A DNA stretch of 64,000 nt from NCBI GenBank assembly GCA_910584255.1, contig CAJTXV010000006.1:1280-65279 (forward strand). Reading direction: 5' to 3'. Both the position numbers and the translations under genes were made by a program. Under the pieces are notes generated by a model. It saw nothing but the letters and a program-made list of their open reading frames with translations. It had not been told where the DNA came from and searched no databases. Of the stretch, positions 36,765-45,258 are shown piece by piece; position 1 is the first letter of the stretch, and the number at the start of each line of letters is the position of its first letter. Origin of the DNA: an uncultured Bacilli bacterium (GTDB lineage: Bacteria > Bacillota_I > Bacilli_A > RF39 > UBA660).

Positions 36765-38831
36765 CTATGATTTTTCTTTGATCATATTTTTACTACATAA
36801 ATAAGTAATTAGGAAATATCCACCATAGATCAAAACTAAGAAAATAGCCGTCATAATAATGGATTCTAATAACTTTTCATTTCCTAATGTTTCCAAAATA
36901 TAATTACAAAACATAATTCCAAAGATAGAATGAATGATTGCAATTAGTAATGGAAATAAGAAAAAATAAGCAATTTGCCTAAATAATGCTTTACGCACCA
37001 TCTTCTCATCCGCACCGATTTTTCTTAACATTCTAAATCTTTCCCTATTATCACTACTTTCAGATAATTCCTTTAATGCGAGAATAGCTGCACTACTAAT
37101 TAAGAAAATAATTCCTAAATAAAGTCCAATAAATGTTACCATTGCGCCTAACCCAACACTCGATTCATAAAGAAATAATTTGGTAATCATCTGTAAACTC
37201 GTAGTTTCTCCATATGGATGACTATCGAGCAAGCGAACTATATCTTCTGTTTTTTGTTTTCCTTCTTTTGAAGTTTCTTTATAATTTGCAAGTAAGAATC
37301 CTTCCTTCATCGATTCATCGAATACTGCATGATCTGGTACTACAAATAATCCCATATTGACATGATTACTTGAAATTTCAATAAATCCATTTTGACATTC
37401 ATGATATTTTGGATAATAGGTTTGATCTCCTAATACAATGGGTGTATTTCTTTTTAAGCCCTCATTTCGAATTGGAACCCAACCACTATAATCAGCAACT
37501 AAAATATATTCATTTTCTTTTACCGTTAATTCATCTAGTCCTAATAATTTAGCCGCTCGATTATAATCACTCACTCTGATAAATTCCTCTTTCATATCAT
37601 ATCTTAAAAAAGGATATTTTCTTTTTGCTTCTTCCAAATAAGTACCTAAAGTATCTCGAATGGTCATGTCGGATAAATAAGTATTAAATTCAACCATATC
37701 TGTAAAATACAAATCTATGTCAAATTCCATATTTTTAATGCTTTGTCGTAAAGGTAACTTTGAGTCTTCTATCATATTTTGGTTATATGCATAGTGACTA
37801 TTTACATATTCTTCCGTTAAATTATATTTTTTTGTAAATTCAATATCAATGGGCGCTAAAGTTTTTAGATTGGCAGTCATCGAATTTTTAATAGATAAAG
37901 CAGAAGATAAAACACAAATTGTAACAAATAGCATTAAACAAATTATCGTCATAGAAAAAACTGTGGTATTGATCTTACTACTAATTTGCCTGACCGTAAA
38001 ACTATTTAAACCTTTATAATAAGTCTTCTTCATACTAGTTACAATCTGAATGATTAACCCTGATAAGGACCAAAAAATAAAGAATGTTGATACTACTCCT
38101 AATAAAATAGGTTTCAGTATTTCTTTAAAATCCTGTAATTCAGTCACTTTGCCAGTTACTAGATAATAAGCATATCCTAAAACAGTCGAAGAAAGAATAA
38201 AAACAAACGTACAAACAATCGGATTCTTTAGTTTAATTGTTTCTGACTTTTTACTGGCGTGTAATAAATCAATTAGTTTACATTTACTAATATTAATTGT
38301 ATTAAAGATCATCACAAGTAAATACATAATACCAAAGTAGATAATCGTTTTCATGCAAGCAGCCGTTGAAAATATAAAAGTAAATTTGGTTAAATCTGCT
38401 TCAAACATATTGGCAACAATCATACTCATAAATTGAGAAAATAAAGTTCCAATTCCAAGACCAATGCTTAGAGAAAGAAGTCCAATTAAAAGTGTTTCAA
38501 AAAATAAAATCATCGATATTTTTCTTTTACTCATTCCAAGCGTTAAGTAAATACCAAATTCTTGATTTCGTCTTTTAATTAGAAATCTAGATGCATATAT
38601 AATTAAAAATCCTAAAATAAAGGCAACAAAAACACTAACAGCAGATAAAACAGTCGTCATTAATTTTATAATTTCTCTCGTAGAAGAGGTTACATTCATC
38701 ATGACTGTTTGACTATCTAGTGCATTAAATACATAAAAGATAGAAACCCCAAGAATTAGGGTAAAGAAATAAATCGCATAATCTTTTACACTTTTTCTAA
38801 TATTTTGAATAGATAACTTAAAGAGCATCAT
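36765..38831 (-). CDS. BceB-type FtsX-family ABC permease (10 TM, large extracellular domain)
   Basis: 688 aa: four TM helices, then further TM helices, a ~200-aa soluble insert (res ~330-540), and a final FtsX-type 4-TM bundle. Overlaps the ATPase gene by 14 nt. Confidence 0.85.
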   Translation of the reverse strand: MMLFKLSIQNIRKSVKDYAIYFFTLILGVSIFYVFNALDSQTVMMNVTSSTREIIKLMTTVLSAVSVFVAFILGFLIIYASRFLIKRRNQEFGIYLTLGMSKRKISMILFFETLLIGLLSLSIGLGIGTLFSQFMSMIVANMFEADLTKFTFIFSTAACMKTIIYFGIMYLLVMIFNTINISKCKLIDLLHASKKSETIKLKNPIVCTFVFILSSTVLGYAYYLVTGKVTELQDFKEILKPILLGVVSTFFIFWSLSGLIIQIVTSMKKTYYKGLNSFTVRQISSKINTTVFSMTIICLMLFVTICVLSSALSIKNSMTANLKTLAPIDIEFTKKYNLTEEYVNSHYAYNQNMIEDSKLPLRQSIKNMEFDIDLYFTDMVEFNTYLSDMTIRDTLGTYLEEAKRKYPFLRYDMKEEFIRVSDYNRAAKLLGLDELTVKENEYILVADYSGWVPIRNEGLKRNTPIVLGDQTYYPKYHECQNGFIEISSNHVNMGLFVVPDHAVFDESMKEGFLLANYKETSKEGKQKTEDIVRLLDSHPYGETTSLQMITKLFLYESSVGLGAMVTFIGLYLGIIFLISSAAILALKELSESSDNRERFRMLRKIGADEKMVRKALFRQIAYFFLFPLLIAIIHSIFGIMFCNYILETLGNEKLLESIIMTAIFLVLIYGGYFLITYLCSKNMIKEKS

Positions 38832-39585
38832 TTAAGTCACCACCAAGCAATGTCACTACATCAATAATCTGATTAAAGAATTCACGTCTTGAATGATTTC
38901 CTCGATGAAGTTCATTAAAAATTTTACCATCTTTAATAAAGATGACCCTTGTCGCATAGCTTGCTGTAAAGGCATCATGCGTTACCATTAGAATCGTTGC
39001 TTCTAATTCATTATTTAGCTCATGAAATCTCTCCAGTAACATTTTTGCTGATTTAGAATCTAATGCACCAGTTGGTTCATCTGCTAATACTAGTTTGGGA
39101 TTGGTAACAATTGCTCTTGCAGATGCTACCCTTTGTTTTTGACCACCACTCATTTGATAAGGATACTTATTTAATACATCCTTAATATTTAATTGATTCG
39201 AAACACGACGAATTCTCTCCTCTATTTCTTTTGCACCTACATTTTGAATTGACAAAGAAAGAGCAATATTTTCATAGGCAGTTAGGGTATCTAACAAGTT
39301 AAAGTCCTGAAAAATGAACCCAAGTTCTTCTCTACGAAATTTATTTAGGGCATTTCCTTTTAACTTTGTAATATCTTCTCCTCCAACATAAATATGTCCA
39401 GATGTTACTTTATCAATTGTTGAAATCACATTCAGAAGTGTTGTTTTTCCAGAACCAGAAGAACCCATAATGGCAACAAATTCTCCCCGATTCACTTCAA
39501 AAGAAATATTATTAATCGCCTTTGTAAGAGAAGAACGATTTCCATAATACTTCTCAATTTTTTCTACTTTTAAAACATTTTCCAT
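38818..39585 (-). CDS. BceA-type ABC transporter ATP-binding protein
   Basis: Walker A GSSGSGKTT, Q-loop, signature MSGGQKQR, Walker B LVLADEPTGALD, H-loop VTHD. Confidence 0.9.
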   Translation of the reverse strand: MENVLKVEKIEKYYGNRSSLTKAINNISFEVNRGEFVAIMGSSGSGKTTLLNVISTIDKVTSGHIYVGGEDITKLKGNALNKFRREELGFIFQDFNLLDTLTAYENIALSLSIQNVGAKEIEERIRRVSNQLNIKDVLNKYPYQMSGGQKQRVASARAIVTNPKLVLADEPTGALDSKSAKMLLERFHELNNELEATILMVTHDAFTASYATRVIFIKDGKIFNELHRGNHSRREFFNQIIDVVTLLGGDLNDAL

Positions 39586-39633
39586 ATATATTTCTCCTTT
39601 CGCTCTTCATCATACCTGAAAACTTTTTAGTTG

Positions 39634-39671
39634 TCGTTTGTTTTATCTTACCATGCCTTACAATTTTGTAA
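39634..39671 (-). promoter_or_regulatory. Conserved 38-nt promoter block with TTACA-N4-TGTAA inverted repeat (BceR-type regulator box) upstream of the ABC transporter
   Basis: tcgtttgttttatcttaccatgccTTACAatttTGTAA is 35/38 identical to 45172-45209. The IR sits at 39658-39671, ~80 nt upstream of the ATG at 39585, immediately after the HK stop. Confidence 0.55.
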
Positions 39672-39673
39672 TA

Positions 39674-40693
39674 TTACTTTACTACTTCATAAAAATAATG
39701 CTTTGAGAATGTGATATATACTTTGGTATATTCTTTTTCTCCCGATTCAATTTCAATTTTATGTCCTAATTTTTGGCATAGATTTTTTGCAATGAATAAT
39801 CCCATTCCTGTAGATTTTGTCATGATTCTTCCATTATGCCCTGTAAATGATTTTAAAAACACTTTGGGAAGATCACTAGAAGGAATTCCGATTCCATTAT
39901 CTTCTATTATGAGTGTAAGATGATCATTTTCCTCTTGAACTTTCATTTTTATGTATGATAAATTTTTCTTGCTTTGGTATTTAATACTATTATTAACAAT
40001 TTGATTTAAAATAAACTCTAACCATTTAGAATCTGTATATACTTTATAATCTATATCTTGTACTTTCAAATCAATTTTATTTTCTAATAAATCGTTTTGA
40101 TTTTTAAGTAAGACGTTACTGATTACTTTGGAAAGGGATACTTCTCTAATTAGATAATCTTTTTCTGCATTTTCAGAACGAACATAGTAAAGAACTTGTT
40201 CTACATAGTCTTCAATTCTTTTAAACTGTATCATTGTCTTTTTATCAAATTGATTCTTATGATTATGGGCAATTAACATTAGGGAGGAAATTGGTACTTT
40301 TACTTCGTGAATCCACATCTCGATATATTCTTTAAAGTCATCTAACTGTGTTTCTAATTCTTTGACCATTTCTTTCATTGATTTATTAATTTCATATAGT
40401 GCTTGATATAATAACTCACCATCATAAAAGTTAGGGTCTTCCATTGTTTCTAATACTAAATAAGCTTGATCTAAGGATTCAATATTAGATAACAGATTGG
40501 TATAAAAGGATTGTTTCTTAAAATATTCAAATAAAAGTGAAAAGAGAATGAAACAAAGAAGAAGAAAACTAGTCATTATTAAAATGAATCCATCGACTTG
40601 AATGGCTATTAACATGAGAATTATCAAAAGATAAACAAATAAAAATGAAAGAATAAAATAGAGTTTATCTTTTAAAAACTTATAAAATTTCAT
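39674..40693 (-). CDS. BceS-type intramembrane-sensing histidine kinase
   Basis: Two N-terminal TM helices with almost no external loop, H-box WIHEVKVPISS, N-box NSIKY, G-boxes DNGIGI and GMGLFIAKNL. Confidence 0.85.
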   Translation of the reverse strand: MKFYKFLKDKLYFILSFLFVYLLIILMLIAIQVDGFILIMTSFLLLCFILFSLLFEYFKKQSFYTNLLSNIESLDQAYLVLETMEDPNFYDGELLYQALYEINKSMKEMVKELETQLDDFKEYIEMWIHEVKVPISSLMLIAHNHKNQFDKKTMIQFKRIEDYVEQVLYYVRSENAEKDYLIREVSLSKVISNVLLKNQNDLLENKIDLKVQDIDYKVYTDSKWLEFILNQIVNNSIKYQSKKNLSYIKMKVQEENDHLTLIIEDNGIGIPSSDLPKVFLKSFTGHNGRIMTKSTGMGLFIAKNLCQKLGHKIEIESGEKEYTKVYITFSKHYFYEVVK

Positions 40694-41352
40694 CGTAAAA
40701 TGTACCCAGCTTTCTTTTTGGTTTCAATAGCATCTTGATAACCTACCTCTTTTAGTTTGGAACGTAATCTACTAATATTTACAGTTAAGGCATTATCATT
40801 GATATATTCATCATTGTTCCATAAAGTTGTCATTAACTCATCTCTCGTTACAATTTTATTTAGATGTGAAAGTAAGTACCCTAGAATAATCATTTCATTT
40901 TTTGTTAGATTGATTTCATTTTCACCACGTTTGATGATGCCTTTCTGTAGGTTAATTTCTAATTCTTGATATTTCTTAATTTCTGATAAATCTCCTACTC
41001 TTTTTAAAACTGCTGCAATTCGAAGTAATAAAATATTGGGGTTATAGGGTTTCGTAATATAGTCATCGGCACCATAACTCATCGATAATACTTCATCTGT
41101 ATCGCTATTTCTACTCGTCACCATGATGATAGGAATTTTCGTTTCTTTTCGTAACTCCTGTAGTAAGAGTTCTCCGTTTTGATAAGGAATATTAATATCT
41201 AATAAAATTAAATCTGGAGACCGTTTTAAAACTTCTTCTTTGGCATTTTTAAAGTCTTCTAGCAAAAATACTTCATAAGAAGAATTCTTAAGTAAATCAA
41301 ATAACTCATCTGCTACGATTTTCTCATCTTCAATTACTAATATCTTTTTCAT
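40690..41352 (-). CDS. OmpR/PhoB-family response regulator (BceR-type)
   Basis: MKKILVIEDE...DLILLDINIP...VTSR...KP receiver domain plus a winged-helix C-terminus (LTKNEMIILGYLL...GYIL). Start set at 41352 after GGAGGT. 4-nt overlap with the HK gene. Confidence 0.9.
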   Translation of the reverse strand: MKKILVIEDEKIVADELFDLLKNSSYEVFLLEDFKNAKEEVLKRSPDLILLDINIPYQNGELLLQELRKETKIPIIMVTSRNSDTDEVLSMSYGADDYITKPYNPNILLLRIAAVLKRVGDLSEIKKYQELEINLQKGIIKRGENEINLTKNEMIILGYLLSHLNKIVTRDELMTTLWNNDEYINDNALTVNISRLRSKLKEVGYQDAIETKKKAGYILR

Positions 41353-41394
41353 AGGTACCTCCGTATCCATTATACCATAGGAAAAAGAGAAAAA

Positions 41395-41414
41395 ATCTTA
41401 CAGTTCTGTAAGAT
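41395..41414 (-). terminator. Perfect 8-bp-arm hairpin ATCTTACA-N4-TGTAAGAT with U-tract: terminator of the upstream gene, and also a third TTACA-N4-TGTAA box in front of the RR/HK operon
   Basis: Minus strand: atcttaca-gaac-tgtaagat followed by TTTTTTCTCTTTTTCC. It lies 30 nt after the stop at 41444 and ~45 nt before the RR start. Confidence 0.55.
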
Positions 41415-41443
41415 TTCAACTATTTTAGTTTCTTATATTTATA

Positions 41444-41923
41444 TCATTTGATCTGATTCGGTGAATGGGTAGTTTCTTTTTCTGTTACAATTTTCTTTAA
41501 TTCTTGAATGACTCCTAATTTGACAGTACTAGCTTCATATTTTTTCAAGACTACATAGTTATCTTGTTTTACTTGAATACAGATATCCATTTCATATTCT
41601 TGACTGAGGGTATGATAATTTTCTTGTAACCATGCTTTTTGAAGAGGAGAAAGTTTTTCTACTTTCGGAATATATAATTCTATAATATTTGCATAATGAA
41701 CATAGGACAAGAAGCCAAGGCGAGAAAATAGTCTTGCACAATCCGTTCCAATCATATCTGGTAGAATCATTTTTTCTAATTCTTTAAAATACTCATGACA
41801 AAAATCTTTATAAATTGTAGCGTGTGTATTTTCTAGATGAGAAAAATATCGTTGATAGACTCCAGGAGTTTGGTCTTTATAAATCATTTCACTTGCGATG
41901 ATTAATACACTACATTCTTCCAT
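41444..41923 (-). CDS. Hypothetical cytoplasmic protein (159 aa)
   Basis: Clean ORF 2 nt downstream of the flavoprotein gene; no motif recognised. Confidence 0.5.
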   Translation of the reverse strand: MEECSVLIIASEMIYKDQTPGVYQRYFSHLENTHATIYKDFCHEYFKELEKMILPDMIGTDCARLFSRLGFLSYVHYANIIELYIPKVEKLSPLQKAWLQENYHTLSQEYEMDICIQVKQDNYVVLKKYEASTVKLGVIQELKKIVTEKETTHSPNQIK

Positions 41924-41925
41924 AA

Positions 41926-43515
41926 TTATTCCTCACTTTGATAAATTTTCGCAATTTGTTCTGCGATTTTGATTCCATCGATTGCGGCTGTTGTGATTCC
42001 ACCTGCATAGCCTGAACCTTCTCCACATGGATAAATACCTAAAACATTCGCCTGAAAGGTTTCATCCCTCACGATTCGAACAGGAGAAGAAGTCCTACTC
42101 TCAATGCCTGCTAAAATTGTATCTTCTTGATCATATCCTTTTATTTGGGTACCAAAAACTGAAATGGCTTCTTTTAGAGAATCTATGATTGGTTTTGGTA
42201 GAATATTATTTAAATTTCCAAAAGTATAACCTCCTTTTATCATTGGTAATACACTACCAATAGAAGTTGAGACTTTGTTCTTTTTAAAATCTTTCCATAA
42301 TTGAACAGGAATTTTTCCATGACCCTCTTGATATGATTTTTCCTCTAGTTTTCTTTGATAGACGATTCCATCTAATGGATGACTTCCAAAATCTTTGGGA
42401 GTCACTGTGACTACAATCGCACTATTTGCAGTCTTACTATCTCTTTTGTAGTAACTCATTCCATTAATAGCTAGACACCCTTTTTCAGAAGATGCATTAA
42501 TAACATAGCCACCTGGACACATACAGAAGGAATAGACCCCTCTTCCTGCTTTCGTTTGATAAGTGAGTTTATAACTAGCAGGAGGTAATAAAGAATAGGA
42601 TGGTCCATATTGGGACTGGTTAATCATGTTTTGTGAATGCATGATACGAATACCAAGTGCGAATGGTTTTGCTTCCATCTGGATATTTCTATCGTATAAC
42701 ATTTGAAATGTATCTCGTGCACTATGACCAATCGCTAAAATTAGGCAATTACAAGGAATTTTTTCTTGTTGGTTCACCTCGACTTCTACAAGTGCTCCTT
42801 GTTTAATTATCACATCAGTTAATTTGATTTGATAACGAAACTCTCCACCCATTTCTATAATTTTTTGTCTCATATTCTTGATAACGGTTCTTAAAATATC
42901 TGTTCCAATATGAGGTTTTTGTAAATATAAAATTTCTTTGGGTGCTCCACAAGCAACAAAGGTTTCAAATACTTTTTTTCCACGAAAAGAGACATCTTTT
43001 ACTAAAGTATTTAGTTTTCCATCCGAAAATGTTCCTGCCCCACCTTCTCCAAATTGGATGTTTGATTCTGGATTTAATTTTCCACTTTCCCAAAATTCCT
43101 CTACCGTTTTGATTCTATGATCTACTTCTTCTCCTCGTTCAATTACAATTGGATGATAATGATTTTCTGCTAATAAGTAGGCCGCAAATAATCCAGCTGG
43201 ACCACTTCCAACAATCACTGGACGGTGTTTTAATTTTTGATTTCCTGTTATTTTGAATTGGTATTCTTCTTTTGGAGATAAAAAAATATCAGAAGAAAAG
43301 TTCTTTCTTAAAATTTCTTTTTCTTTCTTTGTCTCAACTTCTAACTCATAAATATAATAAATAGATTCCTTTTTTCTGGCATCTAATGATTGTTTTTTAA
43401 TTTTAAAGGAGAGAATATCCGAAGGTGAAATACGAAGTTTTCTACTTGTACTTTCTAAAATATATTGTTCTTGATTCTCTTCTAATTTTACTTTTACTTG
43501 TCGTACTCTAATCAT
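41926..43515 (-). CDS. FAD-dependent oxidoreductase (COG2509-like uncharacterised dehydrogenase)
   Basis: PVIVGSGPAGLFAAYLL dinucleotide-binding motif and C-terminal PCGEGSGYAGGITTAAIDG. Start set at MIRVRQVKV (43515), giving an ATGA overlap with the upstream gene. Confidence 0.8.
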   Translation of the reverse strand: MIRVRQVKVKLEENQEQYILESTSRKLRISPSDILSFKIKKQSLDARKKESIYYIYELEVETKKEKEILRKNFSSDIFLSPKEEYQFKITGNQKLKHRPVIVGSGPAGLFAAYLLAENHYHPIVIERGEEVDHRIKTVEEFWESGKLNPESNIQFGEGGAGTFSDGKLNTLVKDVSFRGKKVFETFVACGAPKEILYLQKPHIGTDILRTVIKNMRQKIIEMGGEFRYQIKLTDVIIKQGALVEVEVNQQEKIPCNCLILAIGHSARDTFQMLYDRNIQMEAKPFALGIRIMHSQNMINQSQYGPSYSLLPPASYKLTYQTKAGRGVYSFCMCPGGYVINASSEKGCLAINGMSYYKRDSKTANSAIVVTVTPKDFGSHPLDGIVYQRKLEEKSYQEGHGKIPVQLWKDFKKNKVSTSIGSVLPMIKGGYTFGNLNNILPKPIIDSLKEAISVFGTQIKGYDQEDTILAGIESRTSSPVRIVRDETFQANVLGIYPCGEGSGYAGGITTAAIDGIKIAEQIAKIYQSEE

Positions 43516-44747
43516 GATTTTTTTACCCCATTTCCTGAAAGAAGTCCCGACATCCAAGCAAAACCTAGATTGTATCCTCCACATTCTCCATTTACGTCTA
43601 AAGCCTCTCCTATGATATATAAATTAGGAATTATTTTAGACTCCATAGTAGTAGAGTTTATTTCGTTAATGTCGACTCCTCCTAAACAAATTTGTGCATG
43701 TTTATAAGATTTAGAACCTGTAATTAAAAGTGGAAAGGAAACTAAATTGCTTAAAAATATTTCTAGTTGTTCTTTTTTTACTTCCTTCATTTTTGTATGA
43801 AGTGGGATATTCGAAAGTTTTAATAATAGATTGGTTAGTTTATAATCTAAAATGGTATCAAACAGTTCATCTAAAGTACGGTTTGGTAACAATTGATTTC
43901 TATTTTCTAAATATGCTTGTGCTTCTTTTATTGTATCAATATTTAAACAATCTAAGAAGTTGATTGTAATTTTTTGATTTTCTTTTTTTAATAAAGGAAC
44001 TATGGTATTACTTAGAATTAAAGTACAGATACCACTAATTCCATAGTCCGTTAGTTGAAGTTCTCCGGAAACTTCCTTTTTTCCTATTTGTTCATGGTAA
44101 AAAGATAACTTTGCATCTAAACGAATACCTGCCCATTCTTTAAAATAATTTCCTTTGGCCTCTAGTTGAACTAGTCCTGGATAGATTGGTACAATCGTAT
44201 GTCCCATGGTTTTTAGTGTATTTAAAATAAGATTCGGCTCTTCGGTATCAAAGTATGCTCTAGATCCAGTTGCGATAATTACAGATTCTGCTTTCATTAT
44301 CTCTTGTTCAGTTTGAATTAAAAAGTGTTCTTCTTTTTTAATATCTATTACCGTTTTATCATATAGAACTTGAATATTTAAATTTTTAATTTCTGTTAAC
44401 AGGCTATTTTGAATACTGACTGCTTTTAGAGAACTTGGATAATAATAGCCATTTTTAATTTTAGGAATAATTCCAAGACTCGTTAAAAACTGTTTGGTAT
44501 TTTTTATATTTTCTTCCGTAATGATCTCTTCTAATTTTTCTTTTCGTTTAGAAGTAAAATATTTCGTTTCAAATACTTCATTAAAGTAATTACATTTTCC
44601 TGATCCTGTTACCAAAATCTTTTTACCAACTTGATGATTCTTTTCTAATAAAGTTACATCAAAACCTCTTCTTTTTAATACAATGGCAGCGGCCAACCCA
44701 GAAGCCCCTGCCCCAATGATAACTACTTTTTTCAACTCAATCACCAA
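43512..44747 (-). CDS. HI0933/YhiN (BaiN-like) family NAD(P)/FAD-dependent flavoprotein
   Basis: VVIIGAGASGLAAAIVLKRRGF...LLEKN...GKKILVTGSGKCN... and C-terminal GECGGYNLGFAWMSG. Confidence 0.8.
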   Translation of the reverse strand: MVIELKKVVIIGAGASGLAAAIVLKRRGFDVTLLEKNHQVGKKILVTGSGKCNYFNEVFETKYFTSKRKEKLEEIITEENIKNTKQFLTSLGIIPKIKNGYYYPSSLKAVSIQNSLLTEIKNLNIQVLYDKTVIDIKKEEHFLIQTEQEIMKAESVIIATGSRAYFDTEEPNLILNTLKTMGHTIVPIYPGLVQLEAKGNYFKEWAGIRLDAKLSFYHEQIGKKEVSGELQLTDYGISGICTLILSNTIVPLLKKENQKITINFLDCLNIDTIKEAQAYLENRNQLLPNRTLDELFDTILDYKLTNLLLKLSNIPLHTKMKEVKKEQLEIFLSNLVSFPLLITGSKSYKHAQICLGGVDINEINSTTMESKIIPNLYIIGEALDVNGECGGYNLGFAWMSGLLSGNGVKKS

Positions 44748-44793
44748 GATTATTATACAATAAAAGAAAAAAGAAAACTATGGTTTCTCTTTC

Positions 44794-45129
44794 CTATTTT
44801 AACTTTTTTTGTACTTTTTCTGGTAAATCTATGAACTCTACTTCCATCCATTTATAAACTCCAAAAATTCTTACTTCTAAGTGTAGATAAGCTCCTTCTC
44901 TTAATTCTCTACTAGTTTTAAATTTTAGTTTCTTTTTTCTTCCTTTTTCATTATAGCTTTCTAATGAATATTCATATTTCATAGAATCATTGGTTGATAA
45001 TTTTTTTATCTTTGTATTATCTATTTTCGTATAATACACTTTGTGATAGTTTTCTACGTAATAACAAATACCAATACAGCATCCTAAAATGAGGATTGCT
45101 GTAATAATCATAAATAATTTATTTTTCAT
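44794..45129 (-). CDS. YxeA/DUF1093-family small secreted protein
   Basis: N-terminal TM/signal LFMIITAILILGCCIGI, then YYTKIDN...YEYSLESYNEKGRKKKLKFKTSRELREGAYLHLEV, the YxeA-like pattern. Confidence 0.7.
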   Translation of the reverse strand: MKNKLFMIITAILILGCCIGICYYVENYHKVYYTKIDNTKIKKLSTNDSMKYEYSLESYNEKGRKKKLKFKTSRELREGAYLHLEVRIFGVYKWMEVEFIDLPEKVQKKLK

Positions 45130-45171
45130 TTTTTCCTCCTATATTCATCTTAATATAAAACAGGAAAAAAA

Positions 45172-45209
45172 TCGTTTGTTTTATCTTACCAAACCTTACA
45201 ATTATGTAA
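45172..45209 (-). promoter_or_regulatory. Second copy of the 38-nt TTACA-N4-TGTAA promoter block, upstream of the YxeA-like gene
   Basis: tcgtttgttttatcttaccaaaccTTACAattaTGTAA. IR at 45196-45209, ~73 nt upstream of the ATG at 45129. Confidence 0.55.
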
Positions 45210-45223
45210 TTATTGTCATGGAA

Positions 45224-45252
45224 AAGAAAAAAGTAGGATTTGATACCTACTT
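45224..45252 (-). terminator. Rho-independent terminator after the 843-aa protein gene
   Basis: Minus strand: agtagg-tatcaaat-cctact followed by TTTTTTC. Confidence 0.55.
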
Positions 45253-45258
45253 CTTATT

